Assembly: GCA_051294375.1 (NCBI GenBank)
Contig: CM119269.1
Location: 6,123,919-6,187,918 of the forward strand
DNA from: Paraspadella gotoi
Lineage: Eukaryota > Animalia > Chaetognatha
Length of the DNA stretch: 64,000 bases
Direction: 5' to 3'
The first letter of the stretch is position 1, and each line of letters opens with the position of its first letter. The position numbers and the translations under genes are program-made. The notes beneath the pieces were generated by a model. The model was not told the origin of the DNA. It worked only from the letters and a program-made list of their open reading frames with translations, and did not search any database. Shown one piece after another: positions 38,237 to 51,227 of the stretch.

Positions 38237-41200
38237 TCAACAACCTAAAAGACACCACTGATCCTTGACTGCTTTGATGAATTCCGAGTCTGACTCTGTT
38301 TCCAGACTCAATCCCAGATAGAGTATCGCAAACTGCGCAAATCCGATTCCTGCTTGAAGCATTTTCTTGTCGTAAACCTAAAAGAATATAAAAATATTTT
38401 AAATCGGAAACAAATTTGAAGTAGAGATATAATCAAGACTCGACAGGTTCTCTACCTGAAACAGCTCCATGTTGTCAGAGAGGCTGGGGTTAGCGAACTT
38501 CTTTAAATTCATAAAATTAACGATTCCGCTCTTTTCCATGTCGACCTTATCGAAGGCGCGCCTCACGTACGAAACTCGCGCTTCATCCAATCCGCCTATG
38601 AAAAAGATCGAACAACGAGGTGAGATTGATAACTTCTCGTTACTAATCCATATTACCGACTATTATGCTTTTTGACCCTTTTGTTTACCCGTTATTGCGT
38701 CAATAAAATTTAAATAGTTAACGGCGCAAGGGTCAGTCTCGTAAACGGCGTCCAAAACCAGGTCCAGATAGTCCCCATCGAGCTTGATTTTGTATTCTTT
38801 CAGAGCGCAGGCTATTTCGTCTTTGGACACGCGACAAGTGAGATCGTTGTTGGCCGCCTTGTCGGCCTTTATCAGGAGACCCAAAACGCCGACCAAGGTC
38901 CGAATTGCTCGACCAGACAGTTGAGACTTGATGCCCGCCTACGCGAAACCGAGAAAGTCCAGTATTCGAAATGTAAGACGGAAGGGCTAATTGGGCAGCC
39001 CGTCATCCACCCGCCTCACCTGCACATCGCGAAGGAACATTCTCTGTCGAGCCTCTTCTTCCGAAATGGAAGCCAGAAGCAACTCTTCGTCCGACGGGGC
39101 GCGACCGTCGTTCATTGCAGTTAAACACTGAAAGTTGCCATTGTGTAAAATAAAGATTGAGAGGGTTTGCCCACGAATTTTAACAGCGACGCTGAACCTA
39201 CTTTCTTCTTGGATTCAACGTCGACGCTGTTGATCCTGACGGTGAGTGAAGGATCTTTTCCCAACGCCTCCGGTAAAGTTGGATGATCACCGGGGAAAAA
39301 TGTGAGATTTTCTCCGACGGCGATGTCGTAGACTGAGAAGTGAGTGAAGGATCATCATGCAATTAAAATTTACTTTTTCAGTCGTAGAAAGTGTACCTGA
39401 GTAAGACATTCCTTTCTTCGGACCGTTTTGGTGCCAATGCACATTGCGTTCGATGAAATGATGGGCGACGTTTGTTCGCTTAAGCTGTTTGAACTCGTAG
39501 ACTAACAAGAAAAAACAAAAGGTTTCTTTTACTTTGTCCAACAGTTTATCAGCAAAATTAAAGATCTCACTAGTCATGGAACCGTCAGAAGGGAAGAAGT
39601 AACCGCAAAGCGTCCGCAACGACTCTCGAGAGGCCGTCGGATTTACGGTCCTCGCGGAAAAGCGAATCTAACGTGCCCAAAAAGTAAAATTAAACAAATT
39701 ATTGAAATAATTTCCGTCTTATAATGTCACTACGTCTTTTTTTCCAACACCATTAAAATTAAAATCGTTTTCAGATAAAAAAATACCGATCGGAATTAGA
39801 GATGCAATTGTCTCTGATGGAAAAACTGAACCTAATAAGATAAAACATTAGTTAAGCTTTTTTAGCGAAAAAAAGCAGTAAGTCAGAGATAGCGTGCCGA
39901 TCTTAACCATGTACCAAGATTCTTCAATCTAGTCTTTCAGAATATAATTTCACCTAATCAGTAAATGCCTTTCGAACGAAAAAAAATAGTCATTGGCTGA
40001 TCAGGCGTCAGGTTGACATCGAGATACTAGTGTAGTATTGTCGTATCTACTATCTAGCGTCATACCGCTCTCGGCGTTTATACCACATTCACATTGAACG
40101 GTTTGGTCACACAGCAATCAAAACTGCAAAAACAATTTTCCTTTCATAGGAACCAGTTTTAAAATAAGGATCGTTTTCAATTCACAAAAACTTTGCTAAT
40201 CTTCGAAAAAATCACCAAGTCAAAGCTTGAATTTCACCACAACAAATATTTTAATTACCCGCAGTAAAGATTTTTGGGTTCTTCAAGAAAAAAATTCAAA
40301 TAAATAAAAAAAAAACCAATAGAGGAATATGCAATCAAATTAACAGTTATTACCTTTTGGTTCATAAACTCCACAGAACTTTGCACTTTCATTTTGAGTG
40401 AAGATTCATGAAGTGACTTGACCTTTAAAAAATATATTTCTTAATCACCGAACTTAGTAATTAAAATATTCATAATATAAAACCTGATGTCCTAAAGGTT
40501 GAGGTTTGTTCACAGGAACGGCAGGAGTGCCTCCAGCGCGTGCTTCGGCGCGAGCTAAAACGAGATAAAACACAAAAACACAAATTGGGTAAACTGGGGG
40601 AACTACATAACAATTTACAATTTATTACAACTTATAAGTTTACCCCACCTGACATGGGTCTTGATGTTGCGCTCCTCATACGGTCGGACTCAACATAAGT
40701 TCCTCTTGCTAAATCTTCACCTAAACGTGTCTGACAAGTAGCCGATATATCTTTTTCGTTTTCTGGGAATTTCAATTCAGATATAACAGCCATATTGGAC
40801 AGTTGTAATTCCTGAAAAAAAGAATAACTATTTAAAATCCTAGTCAGTGCATTCTAATGATTAATTGAGACGTACTTGCCACTGTTCCAATGAGCTTGGT
40901 TGAGGTTCAGGCTCAGGCTCAGCTTCCGACTGCGCATCCTCCTCTGCTGAAGGCGCTTCTGCCTCAGTTCCATTTGTTTCCTCAGCCTGTTTTTTTTTTA
41001 CTTTTTTAATATTTTTACGTAATTTTAAATTTTAAATACGCAACTAACACTGTTTATACAAACTATGACAATAATCAGAATAAAATACGACTCGCGCTCG
41101 GGCTGGTTTGGTCGTTGCTTTCATTTTTTTTTTTTTTTGCAGCAAGTGCATTTTGTAACTTACAATTGGTTCTTCTACGGTAGGACCTCCTTCAGAAATC

Positions 41201-42622
41201 GTCATTGAAGCTAGGTCCAAATTCAGTGAAGGTACATCAGGCTAAAAAATTGGAAAGTATCATATTTAATTATTTATAAGTCGAGATCCCAAACATTAAA
41301 GCTAAGCCAAATGTCTATAATCGGAATTTTAGGATACCTTTTCCACTGCCACAGAGTGAGGCCTTCCCAGTGATTCCGCCGATGTGGGCGTCATAATATC
41401 GCCAGTTATGGGATTTCTAGATGGTGTGTATCGAGAGGAAGACCTAGCAAAGAGAATTAATCAAACGCATTTACTATTTTTTGCGCGGTACGGAGGATCT
41501 GTGGATAAGGCGCTTAGTGGGCTGAAGTCTACTATCTGAATCTTCTGGGCCCCCTCGGCAGCAAAGGAACGGGTCCTGGGCTTGAAGGTTTTCCAAGCCC
41601 CCCAAGGCTGTTTACAGCCGTCCTCACGCTTCCCGCAGGTTAGGCACCATTAGATCCTGATACCCAATTGTCATTAGCTGATGGCTTAACTCATTGAATC
41701 ATCAGGTCATAAATGAAAGTCATGTTTATAGGCAGGGTGAAATTGGCGCAATGCCCGACTTCAGATCGACTTAAATTAAAACATTTAAATTGGTCAACCA
41801 TAATCATTAATCAAGGATCTAATCGCTTGCATTAGGTGAGGCTAAGGCAACGTCACCAGAAGACAAAAATAAATTTCAGCCGTACATAGAATCTGGATTA
41901 CCTTGTATATCCAGGGTCGGCGGGGGACATAGTCCCAACTACAGAATAGGGGCGTCCTAATCCCGCGTTTCCTCCGGATCCGTCGCCATGAACACGAATG
42001 CTGTTTTTCTCCGGTGTAGCGGGACAATCTCCACCGGCCATTAAAAAGGCGACCGAAGTGGAGCCACCAGGAGGTTGAGAAGCGCGTCGCATGCCCTGAT
42101 TAAATTAGTTGTTTCGGTCAAGAAAGGGCATAATTTTACTTTCGCCGACTAGGGTTAGGCATAATTTAAAGGTGGTTTAAGGGTGATTAAGTTAAGAGTT
42201 AAGGTTAAAGTAATTTATACTTGGCTAAATTTTACTTTCACCGACCACGGTTTTGGAGGCTTTTGAAAAACTATTTAAAAATATTTATTAAAAAATTTTT
42301 TTTTTTAAATTATCTCATTACCCTAACCCTAAACCCTCTTAACCCTAACCCTAAAACACCCCTAAACCACCCTTAACCCTAACCCCGGTCGGCGAAAGTA
42401 AAAGTAACCCTTATATTTTTTACTAATTTTTTTAAAAAGAAGCAAAAATCCCAGTGAGCGAAAGTAAAAATGTACCGATGTTACTTGAAGCTTAAAAATT
42501 TTATTGCCACCATCGGTATTTCTTTTAAAAAAAATATTTCATGACAATTGTAACATGCTACGTTTTTTTTTTTAAATGGCTGATTTTGTTCTTCTTTGGT
42601 GTACCTTCATTCCAACATCCAT
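38237..42622 (-). CDS. CAPS2: Calcyphosin-2-like protein (DM10-like region plus EF-hands)
   Basis: N-terminus MDVGMK|G, VPSLNL, LCGYFFPSDGSMT, RTNVAHHFIERNVHWHQNGPKKG, MDEARVSYVRRAFDKVDMEKSG, C-terminal LYLGLSLETESDSEFIKAVKDQW; middle exons not all resolved. Confidence 0.85.
41485..41770. other. GC-richer multi-hairpin insert in a CAPS2 intron (repeat fragment or structured RNA)
   Basis: Hairpins gggcttg..caagccc, ggctgt..acagcc and ctgatg..catcag within an AT-rich intron. Confidence 0.4.
42126..42476. mobile_element. Compound Harbinger-like MITE with telomere-like CCCTAA repeats
   Basis: Left TIRs at 42126 and ~42223; right TIRs at 42388-42410 and ~42455-42476; same family as 36661. Confidence 0.75.
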
Positions 42623-43567
42623 TGTTTGGTTTTTTTATGTCTTTAGTAACAAAATACTACGGAACTTGGCACTTTTTGATAGTTCGGCATAATTTAATAA
42701 CCCAATGAAAGCTGCATAATCGTGGATTGGAACCTCAAGACGAATTCACACAACCTTGACTACGGACGCAACGTTCCTATGAGTTAGTTTCTCAATAAAA
42801 TTTGGTTACTTTCAGAGAAAATTGTGTGTTACCCGACGCAATCACAGAAAGCGCGCGGATGTTATGCCAGCCTTAACCCTGACTGGTTGATGTATTCGAA
42901 AAGGCGAAAGTTGATTGGTCCAATTTTAGCTCTTCTTGCACATTCTCGCTTATAGTTGTTGAGAACGAAAAAAAAAACTGACAAATGGGCTTACAAAAAA
43001 GAAACACGTTTATGACAGATGAAAATACAATATAAAAATATTGCTTGAGAGTCATTGTATATGCGGTATATATATTTATCGTTATAATTCTACCGACTTC
43101 AAACAAAAATTTAACTAAAATTTTCTTTTTAATATTTCAAATATAGTTCCTAAAGTAATAACTGATTAGTAAATTGCGTTTTAGTTTTTATCGCCGAAAG
43201 GGCGAAGCAATCTATTAAGTCTATCAAGAAACGGGTAAAAAGAAATTTGTACTAAAATAAATACAAGTTGTCATTTCTGCGTTTTACGTTGCTATTATGC
43301 AGTTTTATGCTTCATTCTATTCGCAACAATCGCAGAGTTATCCAAATTTGTATTAATTCGAAAAAAAATATCTTCTGTCAATTTTCGTGCTAATAGTACA
43401 AATACTTCTCAAATACTTTTTGATGTTCTTTTATTTCAGGAACTCTTCCACTAGATGATGCAATTATTTACTGTTGATTTAATGGTTTAAACATGGCAAG
43501 CTAAGCTTTAGAAACATTTGTTTTAATAACTCCAAACGATGTTGTGATTATTTGTGACATAAATAAC

Positions 43568-46105
43568 ATGGAATCTTTCGATATGCAAATTGTCTATTTG
43601 CAAGTTAATCCCAAGTCACAAAAAAAGGGTCAACGAGGAAGTTTATGCGAAACTGTACTCGGGCTCGTGCCGGGACATTTTATACCTGGTGATCCAAGAG
43701 TTATGGTAGCAGGTAATGTGAAATATTTTAGGGTATTAAGGAAGTTAAACTTACTAAATATTTTATTAGGAATTGTTCCCGGTGGTGTGGCATTGCAAAG
43801 TCAAGGAAAACTACAAGTAGGCGACTGGATAATCTCACTGAATGATTTGGACGTTACTCATGAAAATATTGATTCTTTATTAAATGCTATTTCAAGGTAA
43901 TATTGTCAGAGATAAGGTCAGTCTTAGGTAAACCTGAACTAGTCTTTCTCTTTTGACAATATTAAATAGTGAGTACATATAATTTAGAAGTTGTTTAGGA
44001 ATTATTACGAGTTTCATATTTTTAATCAGTATCAATCCGTTTTTGTAATTATTTCAGGCCTCGTCAAGTAAAACTTGCAATAAAATCTTTAAATAAACGA
44101 GAAGATAACCAATGGGTATCGAATTCACAACAATTACCACAAAAATTTGGAACACTCCACACTAACATAAATACAGACAGTGCGGTTCGGAGTAATAACA
44201 ATAAAACATTAATGGAAAATAATGACGGAAATCTACATGTTATGTACCTGACGACAGAAACTCCAACTGAAAATATTTATACGACTAAAGATGATGATTT
44301 GATTTACAAATTTCCAAAAAACGGTGACATTTCTGATTTGCGAGGACTATTTGAAACATTGCCACAGTTGCTGTTCGATGTGACGGATGACTACATCAAA
44401 GGCTCGACCTTGAAGATAAATAATGGTGAGTGATACTGTATAATATCGTTCGTTCCCTTTCCTTTTTACAATAGTTAAAATTTAAAATACGCATTTATTT
44501 TTCAGAAACGTTTTACGTTTCCTATATTAATAGCCAACCAGAAATCTTGGTTTTTGCCGCTCCAGCAAAAGTTTGTTCATTGAAATACCTGATTGATCTG
44601 ATGAAAGATTTATCGAGGCTATGGTTGGTTTTGTATGGTTCTCTTCAATCTGCATTCAAAAGCCAATCAAACCATGGGGAAATGGACGATTTCCTTACAT
44701 TAGTCAAACACGACGTGTTAAGTTTAAACAAGAATCGCGCTGAATGGAAAGCTGGTAATGGAGTTAAATGTTTGCCCGTCAACGATTCTTTGAGGGCAAC
44801 CATTAGCAGCACATTGAGCAATTATGAGTCGGCTCCAATCGACGAGCTAGCAGATGATCATTACGACATAAGGCGCCAGTATACAATCGTTGGAACAACG
44901 CTTTTTTATAAGGATCAACTGGTTGGAAGCCATTTGCCTAAAGATGATTTATATGATATCAATCTTTTTGTTTATTATACGAAATTACTTCATCTTTCTG
45001 CTGCCCAGGAAGCTACAGGTGATAAATGTCAGTTTATTTTACCAATATTGCAATTTCATGATTATGAATTTTAGGCAATCTCGTAACATGGAGGGAAGTT
45101 TTTCCGACTCGTCGATATCACGATCCTACAAGTGAAGCTCCCGTTTTGGGATATTCTGAGCCAGTGGATGCAAGATGGTTCATCCTCGTTATTGGAATAA
45201 AAAAAATGTTACTGATCGCGATACTGGAGGCAGGTGGATGTGCTCAATGGGCAGAAGGAGAAACCGTCTCCCCGAATATTTTTTACATCGACCAAGCCCG
45301 AAGCTGTCTTCTCCAATTAGATTCCTTAGACATTCCCGGATGCTGTGAATTGGCTTTGAAACAATATTCGGCTCTTTTTCCCTCAAAAAAAATTACAGAT
45401 AAATCCTCACCGGCTGCATTATCACTCAACTCCCACTTAAAGCATTTTCATTCCTTATCTTCATTTAAAAACGATGGAGACAGTTTGAGCGTTGAATCTA
45501 GCGGTAGTGATATCCGGAGAACCTCTTCCATCACCTCACTCGATTCTGCAGAGTCAAGTACATCCAGCGAGAGAATAAAAACAAAATCACGTTTTTTACC
45601 AAGTGCGGAACAGCTCTCTAAAAGAAACTCGATTGCAAGCGATATTTTGATTCGGCCGTTAAATATTCCAAAAACCAAAACGCCAACATCAAATTTATTT
45701 TTTTATATGTGTTGCAAAGACATTGAAGGGGTAATTATAGAACCCGCCGATACTTATAAAAGTGAAAGCTTACAAAATGATCTATTTCAAGAAAACCTCC
45801 TTGAAAACTTTTACACAGCGGCTATATCTATACGAACATCATTTAAAAAATATATGGCAAAAGCTGACTCGAACAAAGAAAATACGAGGTTTTTCATAAA
45901 TCAGCAAAATACTTATGAAGAAGGGGTACTATTTCACTTCACGCCGTTTGGTTCAGATAAAGAAAAACTGAAAACAGTAACTTACTGGGTAATTGGTAGA
46001 CTGTTCCTGCAACCAGAGTTGAAGCACTTGTATGTTTGTCATCCTGATGGCATTACCCCGAGTTTAGTTGAAATTGCTTTTCTTAATTGTGGTAGTGAAC
46101 TCTAA
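43568..46105 (+). CDS. INTU: Protein inturned (PDZ plus longin domains, CPLANE complex)
   Basis: PDZ with GDWIISLNDLDVTHENIDSLL, LRGLFETLPQLL, RRQYTIVGTTLFYKDQLVGSHLP, WREVFP, EEGVLF, YWVIGRLFLQPELKHLYVCH; introns at ~43713, 43897, 44426 and 45019. Confidence 0.92.
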
Positions 46106-46276
46106 ATTTACTCATCCAATACGCCTTTTATTAGAAATAAGTTAATTACTATTTATCATTTTAGATGTTACTTTTCTTGCTTACAGTTTAGATGATAATC
46201 ACCGACTTAACACGAAAAAAATGATCTCGTGAAACAGATCTCGAAGACGAAGACGAAAACTAAACCAAATAAGACA

Positions 46277-49200
46277 ATGGCTCGAATATTTCTTCCTAGA
46301 CCTCAAAACAATGCTTTGATAAACTTGAGCAATGCCTTGCAGTTTCACAAAAACTTCAAGACCTATTCTCACGTCGCTCTGCAAAAGATTCGAAAAAACT
46401 GCCCATGCGCGCGACGATTCAGCACCTCGTCATACCGAGACGTCGTCATAAAATCCCACTACGACGTGGAAATCCCGAAAACTGACTTTTTTACTTATAT
46501 ATTGGGAGATATAGAAGGACACGAAGAAAAAATCGCACTCGTCAGCGGAGAAACCGGACAAAAGTACACGTACGGAACTCTTAAGGACTATTGTAATAGA
46601 GTAGGAACATCTATGCTTGAACGAGGATATCGTAAAGGAGATGTCGTTGCCATTTATTCTCCAAATGTTCCCGAATATCTATTCACAATTTTAGGTAAAC
46701 AGTCCGTATTACACCTTTTTCTCATAATTTCATCATTTCTCTCAACAGTTTGTTTATAAATGACTTTTTTAGGTTGTGCCTCGGTTGGAATAACAGTAAC
46801 GCTGTTGAACCCATTGGCAAAACTTCCTGAAATTCAATTTCAACTTGATAACACAAAAGCAAGAGCTCTCTTTGTTTTTCCGTTGTTTGCTCAGAACGCC
46901 TTCGATGCGAAAAAAGCAGTTCCAAGAATACGGGATATATTTCTTTATGGTATATAGAATTAAAATCTTTTTATCGAAATCTCATTGCGTTTGCGACGAT
47001 TTTGCAGTGGTTTTGCACATAAGTGGTGTCGTCGTCGTTGTTGTTCCAAATTATAGATCGCCTTTTTGATGATTAAATTTGGGTTTATGAAGCTGAAAAT
47101 TTATATACAGCTTCTCATCCTCGATGTCCTTAAAATTGGGTCAGGACAGTTATTAAATATGTTTTGTTTGTTTTATCAAAACAAACAAATATCCTCTATT
47201 TTATTTTTATGTCTCCTTCTCTCTCTTTTCTCTTTTAATTATATGTAGCTATCTCTCTTTCTTTTCCCCAGTGCTGATTCATTGGGGGAAAAAACGAATA
47301 TGCAGCTGGCTCTGCAGGGGCTCTTTCTTTTTCTCTCTTTTTTCCTGCTGCTTCTGCTGCTGCCTTTTGATTTCTTTCTTTTTTTTGGCTGCCTGTTGCT
47401 GCTGATTCGCCCGAAAACGATTTTGTTTCTCTCTCTCTGTGTGTTTTTATTTAAAAAAAAATTGAATTAGGATTGAACTCGTAAAATTAAGCATCACATT
47501 TGTGCATGTTATCATTTTGCTATCGCAACATCGGGTATTTATTTAATTTTTTTTTTCAGGGGCTTCGTCTGCTGATCAGTTTATTTTTTGACAAAGTTTT
47601 TTTTTTTCAGAAACTTTAATTATCCTCGGTACTTTATTTTTTTTAATTGACGATCGCAAAATAGAATTTTTCTTTGTTTATAAATTTTTTTTTTTCAAAT
47701 TTTATTTTATTTAGTATCAAAATTTCTCGTCCATCCAGATTTTTCTTATGCGATTGCGACGATCCTTATGCTTTTAAGAATTTTTTTAAAAAATTCTATA
47801 ATATGCGGTTTGTCCTCAAAGGTATGCCATATGTTGCTAACCCAGCATTGGAGCTTTATCGCCTAATGTTCCAAAAACCATGTTGGCTTTTCAACGAACT
47901 TATTCGTCCATCGAGAGGACCACGAGGTTTTATCAGATCTCCATGGATGGTGGAAGATATTAATATTGACCCAGAAAAAGATATTGTCATCCTTCCATAT
48001 TCCTCAGGTTATAATCCTATGATAAAACCAAAGATAGTAAGCTAGAAACCATCGCCTTATTTTTCGTTCTTAGGTACAACCGGATTGCCTAAAGGAGTGG
48101 TACACACCCATCAATCGTTAATTTCTTACGCGGATATTAGTTATCAACATCCAGGCTTTCAAGACTTAGTAAGACGAGAGAACAATCACTTTAATACACT
48201 TACTATACTACCACTGTTTCATATATTCGGGTTTGCTACCTCAATGGTTGGATTAAAATTTAGAGGAACGATGGTCTTGAATCTCCGATTCGTCCCTGAA
48301 CGATTTCTTAGGACCATACAGGTAGCATGAGACTTTTTTTCACGATACATGTCTTGAAAATTTAATTAATTAATGTTATGGTTTTATCCAGTTATTTTTC
48401 AACTACATATGCAGGCAAGTCCAGTTATTTTGGGACTAAATTTAAAAAATAGTTTAGACGGGTAAATAAAAGAATAATAATAATAATAGATACCCAGATA
48501 AAAAATTATCATGATAAAACAATCTATTTAAAAAATTTCACTTCGGCAACCATGATCTTCAAATGTCCAGAGAAGGAATTCCATGCTTTCGCAACCGCGC
48601 GCACGGGAAATGCTGCTAGTCTTATTACTATTTCCGCTGTCAGAAAGTTGACAGTTCTATAGTGGATGCGAGTCGAGTCTCAGTGCTTTTCGGTCCTTGG
48701 AGTTCGATGGTCGCCCGTCCAAAAAGAGGTTTTGACAAGTTTCGCTGACTAAATATCTCGCAAAAGTACAATGCGAGTTCCCAAACGGTCCAAAGATCTA
48801 TTCTTGGTCGTGGCAAAATCGTAGCAAAGAGACAAAATCGTGACAATATCTATCCTTCACTTTCATTAATCAGGAGGATTGCAGTCAGAAAAACTGCGCG
48901 GTTAAAAGTCGGGAGTCATCTTGTTTTTTTATTTTAGCTAAAAATTTCCCAAAATTTAGTAAATTAACGGCGCGAAAAAATATGACTTGTAGTATCAATT
49001 AAAGGAGTTGCTGTTTTATTTTTTAAAATTTTATTGTATTGATTGAAAGAAAAATTAGCAGAGTTTCCAAATATAGTCTCGCATTTATTTTATCATGAAC
49101 CGTATTTGTGCTGTAGGCACTTAATGATAGTCCCATTAGAGCTGGACCTCCCTGTATGCATGTTATTTTTAACCTAATCTCGATCAATCCCTTGTTTACA

Positions 49201-50483
49201 GAAATACAGAATTACCTTTCTGCCGGTTGTTCCGCCACTGATCAACTTTCTAGCTACCGACAAAAGAGTTGACGAGTACAACCTATCATCAGTGCGACTC
49301 TTATTTTGTGGTGGGGCGCCCCTAAGCACAACCGTAGCGGATTCTGCCATGAAACGTTTACCGAATCTCGAAGTAATTCCTTTCAATTAGGAACCAGTCT
49401 CAGGGCTCATTTTTCATCCATCATTTTTATTCATCCATAACGTTCAGGTTGTTCAAGTTCTGGGAATGACTGAAGGGCTCATAAGTTGCACCATAGATGA
49501 CGGCGTTCCATACACCTCAGTGGGTCGGCTCATGCCTAACGGAGAACTGAAACTCATTGACGTGGATACTGGCCAAGAACTGGGATACAACGAGGTAATT
49601 TAAATTATTTTTTTACGAAAGATAACCTTAAGAGATGGGAGCGTTTATATATTCAACGCGATTTGACTTTTACCGAAGGTGGGAGAGATCGTCGTCAAGA
49701 GTCCGTCCTCAATGATCGGTTACTTCAATAACCCTGACGCTACGAGCAATTCGTTCATGACCGACGAAAACGGCGACAAATGGATGTTCACCGGAGACGT
49801 GGGATACGTGGATGAAAACAACAACGTCTATCTAGTGGATCGGATCAAAGAGTTAATCAAATACAAAGGCCATCAGGTTGGTGATGTTTCGCGGAGTGAG
49901 GTTAGCCGTTCCGGTTTTATTACGAAATTGTTGGTGGAATTTAACAAAAGACTTTTCAATGAGTCATTGGACCGGTAATGTTTAAGGTCTCTCCTGTCGA
50001 AGTTGAGCATGTGATCTGCACCATGCCGAATGTCGCTGACGCCGCGGTGATCGGTCTGCCGGACGACGAGGCCGGAGAGTTGCCCCTCGCTTACGTGGTA
50101 AAAAAACCAGACGTCTCCCTTTCGGCAACAGAGGTAAATGACATTGCTATGAGACAATATGTATTTTATTAAAATCGTACGTTAATGCGAATGAATTCGG
50201 CTTATTAGGTTAGGATATTACAGATTACACTTAATTCCGATGAGAGAATTGTAACAAAATCGGTTATTCAACTCTAAATATCTAACGCTTATAGGTCTTC
50301 AATTTCGTGCAAGAAAAAATGACTGTGTACAATCAACTGAAAGGCGGTGTGATATTCGTGGACAAAATCCCTCGCTCTATCGCGGGAAAGATTTTACGAA
50401 GGGACTTGAAAAAGATGGCGACATCACAGGCGGTGGTTAGCGACGAAACATCGCCGACATTGGAAGCCGCTGCTTCCAACTGA
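46277..50483 (+). CDS. 4-coumarate--CoA ligase / firefly-luciferase-family acyl-CoA synthetase; 9 exons
   Basis: LPYSS|GTTGLPKGV, LPLFHIFG, CGGAPL, GMTE, TGDVGY, VDRIKELIKYKGHQVSPVEVE, GELPLAYVV, IPRSIAGKILRR. Confidence 0.92.
48412..49154 (+). mobile_element. Tc1/mariner-like non-autonomous element in a ligase intron
   Basis: Degenerate TIR caggcaagtccagttattttgggactaa / tagtcccattagagctggacctccctg-TA; internal ISQKYNASSQTVQR may be a transposase HTH relic. Confidence 0.7.
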
Positions 50484-51227
50484 GAATAAAATGCCCTCTC
50501 GCCATTTGTCGTTTTTGGAGACAAAATAGAAAATTATGACCGACCTCTAGAAAGCGTCAAAAATTAAGTATCTTTATTTATTGTTAGTAATCTCAGAAAG
50601 GAATGATTTTCGATTTTGTCACTTTCCTACCGTAAAAGATTTTTAAATATTACTTGAAAATCTTCAAACCCTTGTCCAAAGCAAGCACTACCAATGCAAT
50701 TTTTTTCAGTCAGTTTGACGACACATTCTTCCACTTTCAATATCATCGAATAGCCGATCAATCTATTTGCCAATGAGAAAGTCTACAAATTGTTTTATAA
50801 AAAATGTGTTAGCAGCCACATATCAATTTAGGAATTTTTAATTAAAGAAAACTAAATTAAAAAAATAACCCATCTACTTATTGACAATTAGATTGCGAAT
50901 GTCATCAAACTTACCTTTTAAAAGTGATATCTTTACATCAAAGCACAACCAATGCAATCTGTCAAGCGTAGAACTATATTAATCATTTAAAATTTTATTA
51001 TGGTGAAGGTTTAGAATTAGTATATATTTTTAAATGTTGAGAATCGCATCATTTTACTTTTTTGAAATAAACTTTCAAAATTATTTTTCGCTTCGTTAAT
51101 TTGTAATTTTTAATTTGTCTCTGGAGAAAAATGATCGTTCTCTTTCTGTTCTCGTTCTGAAAATAAAATTTAAGAGAATTGTCTTCAAAATGGTTCAGCT
51201 AATTTTTACCGTTCAATTACAAATATA

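Noticed and set aside
41490-41770. RNase P RNA or hammerhead ribozyme
   Set aside because: GATCTG/CAGATC vaguely mimics P4 but P1-P3 and the conserved regions do not fit; CTGATGA on the minus strand lacks a properly placed GAAA.
42319-42385. True telomere or chromosome fusion site
   Set aside because: Short, degenerate and enclosed by MITE TIRs.
46277-50483. Bona fide luciferase
   Set aside because: Family membership is common in non-luminous animals; the sequence gives no evidence of light emission.
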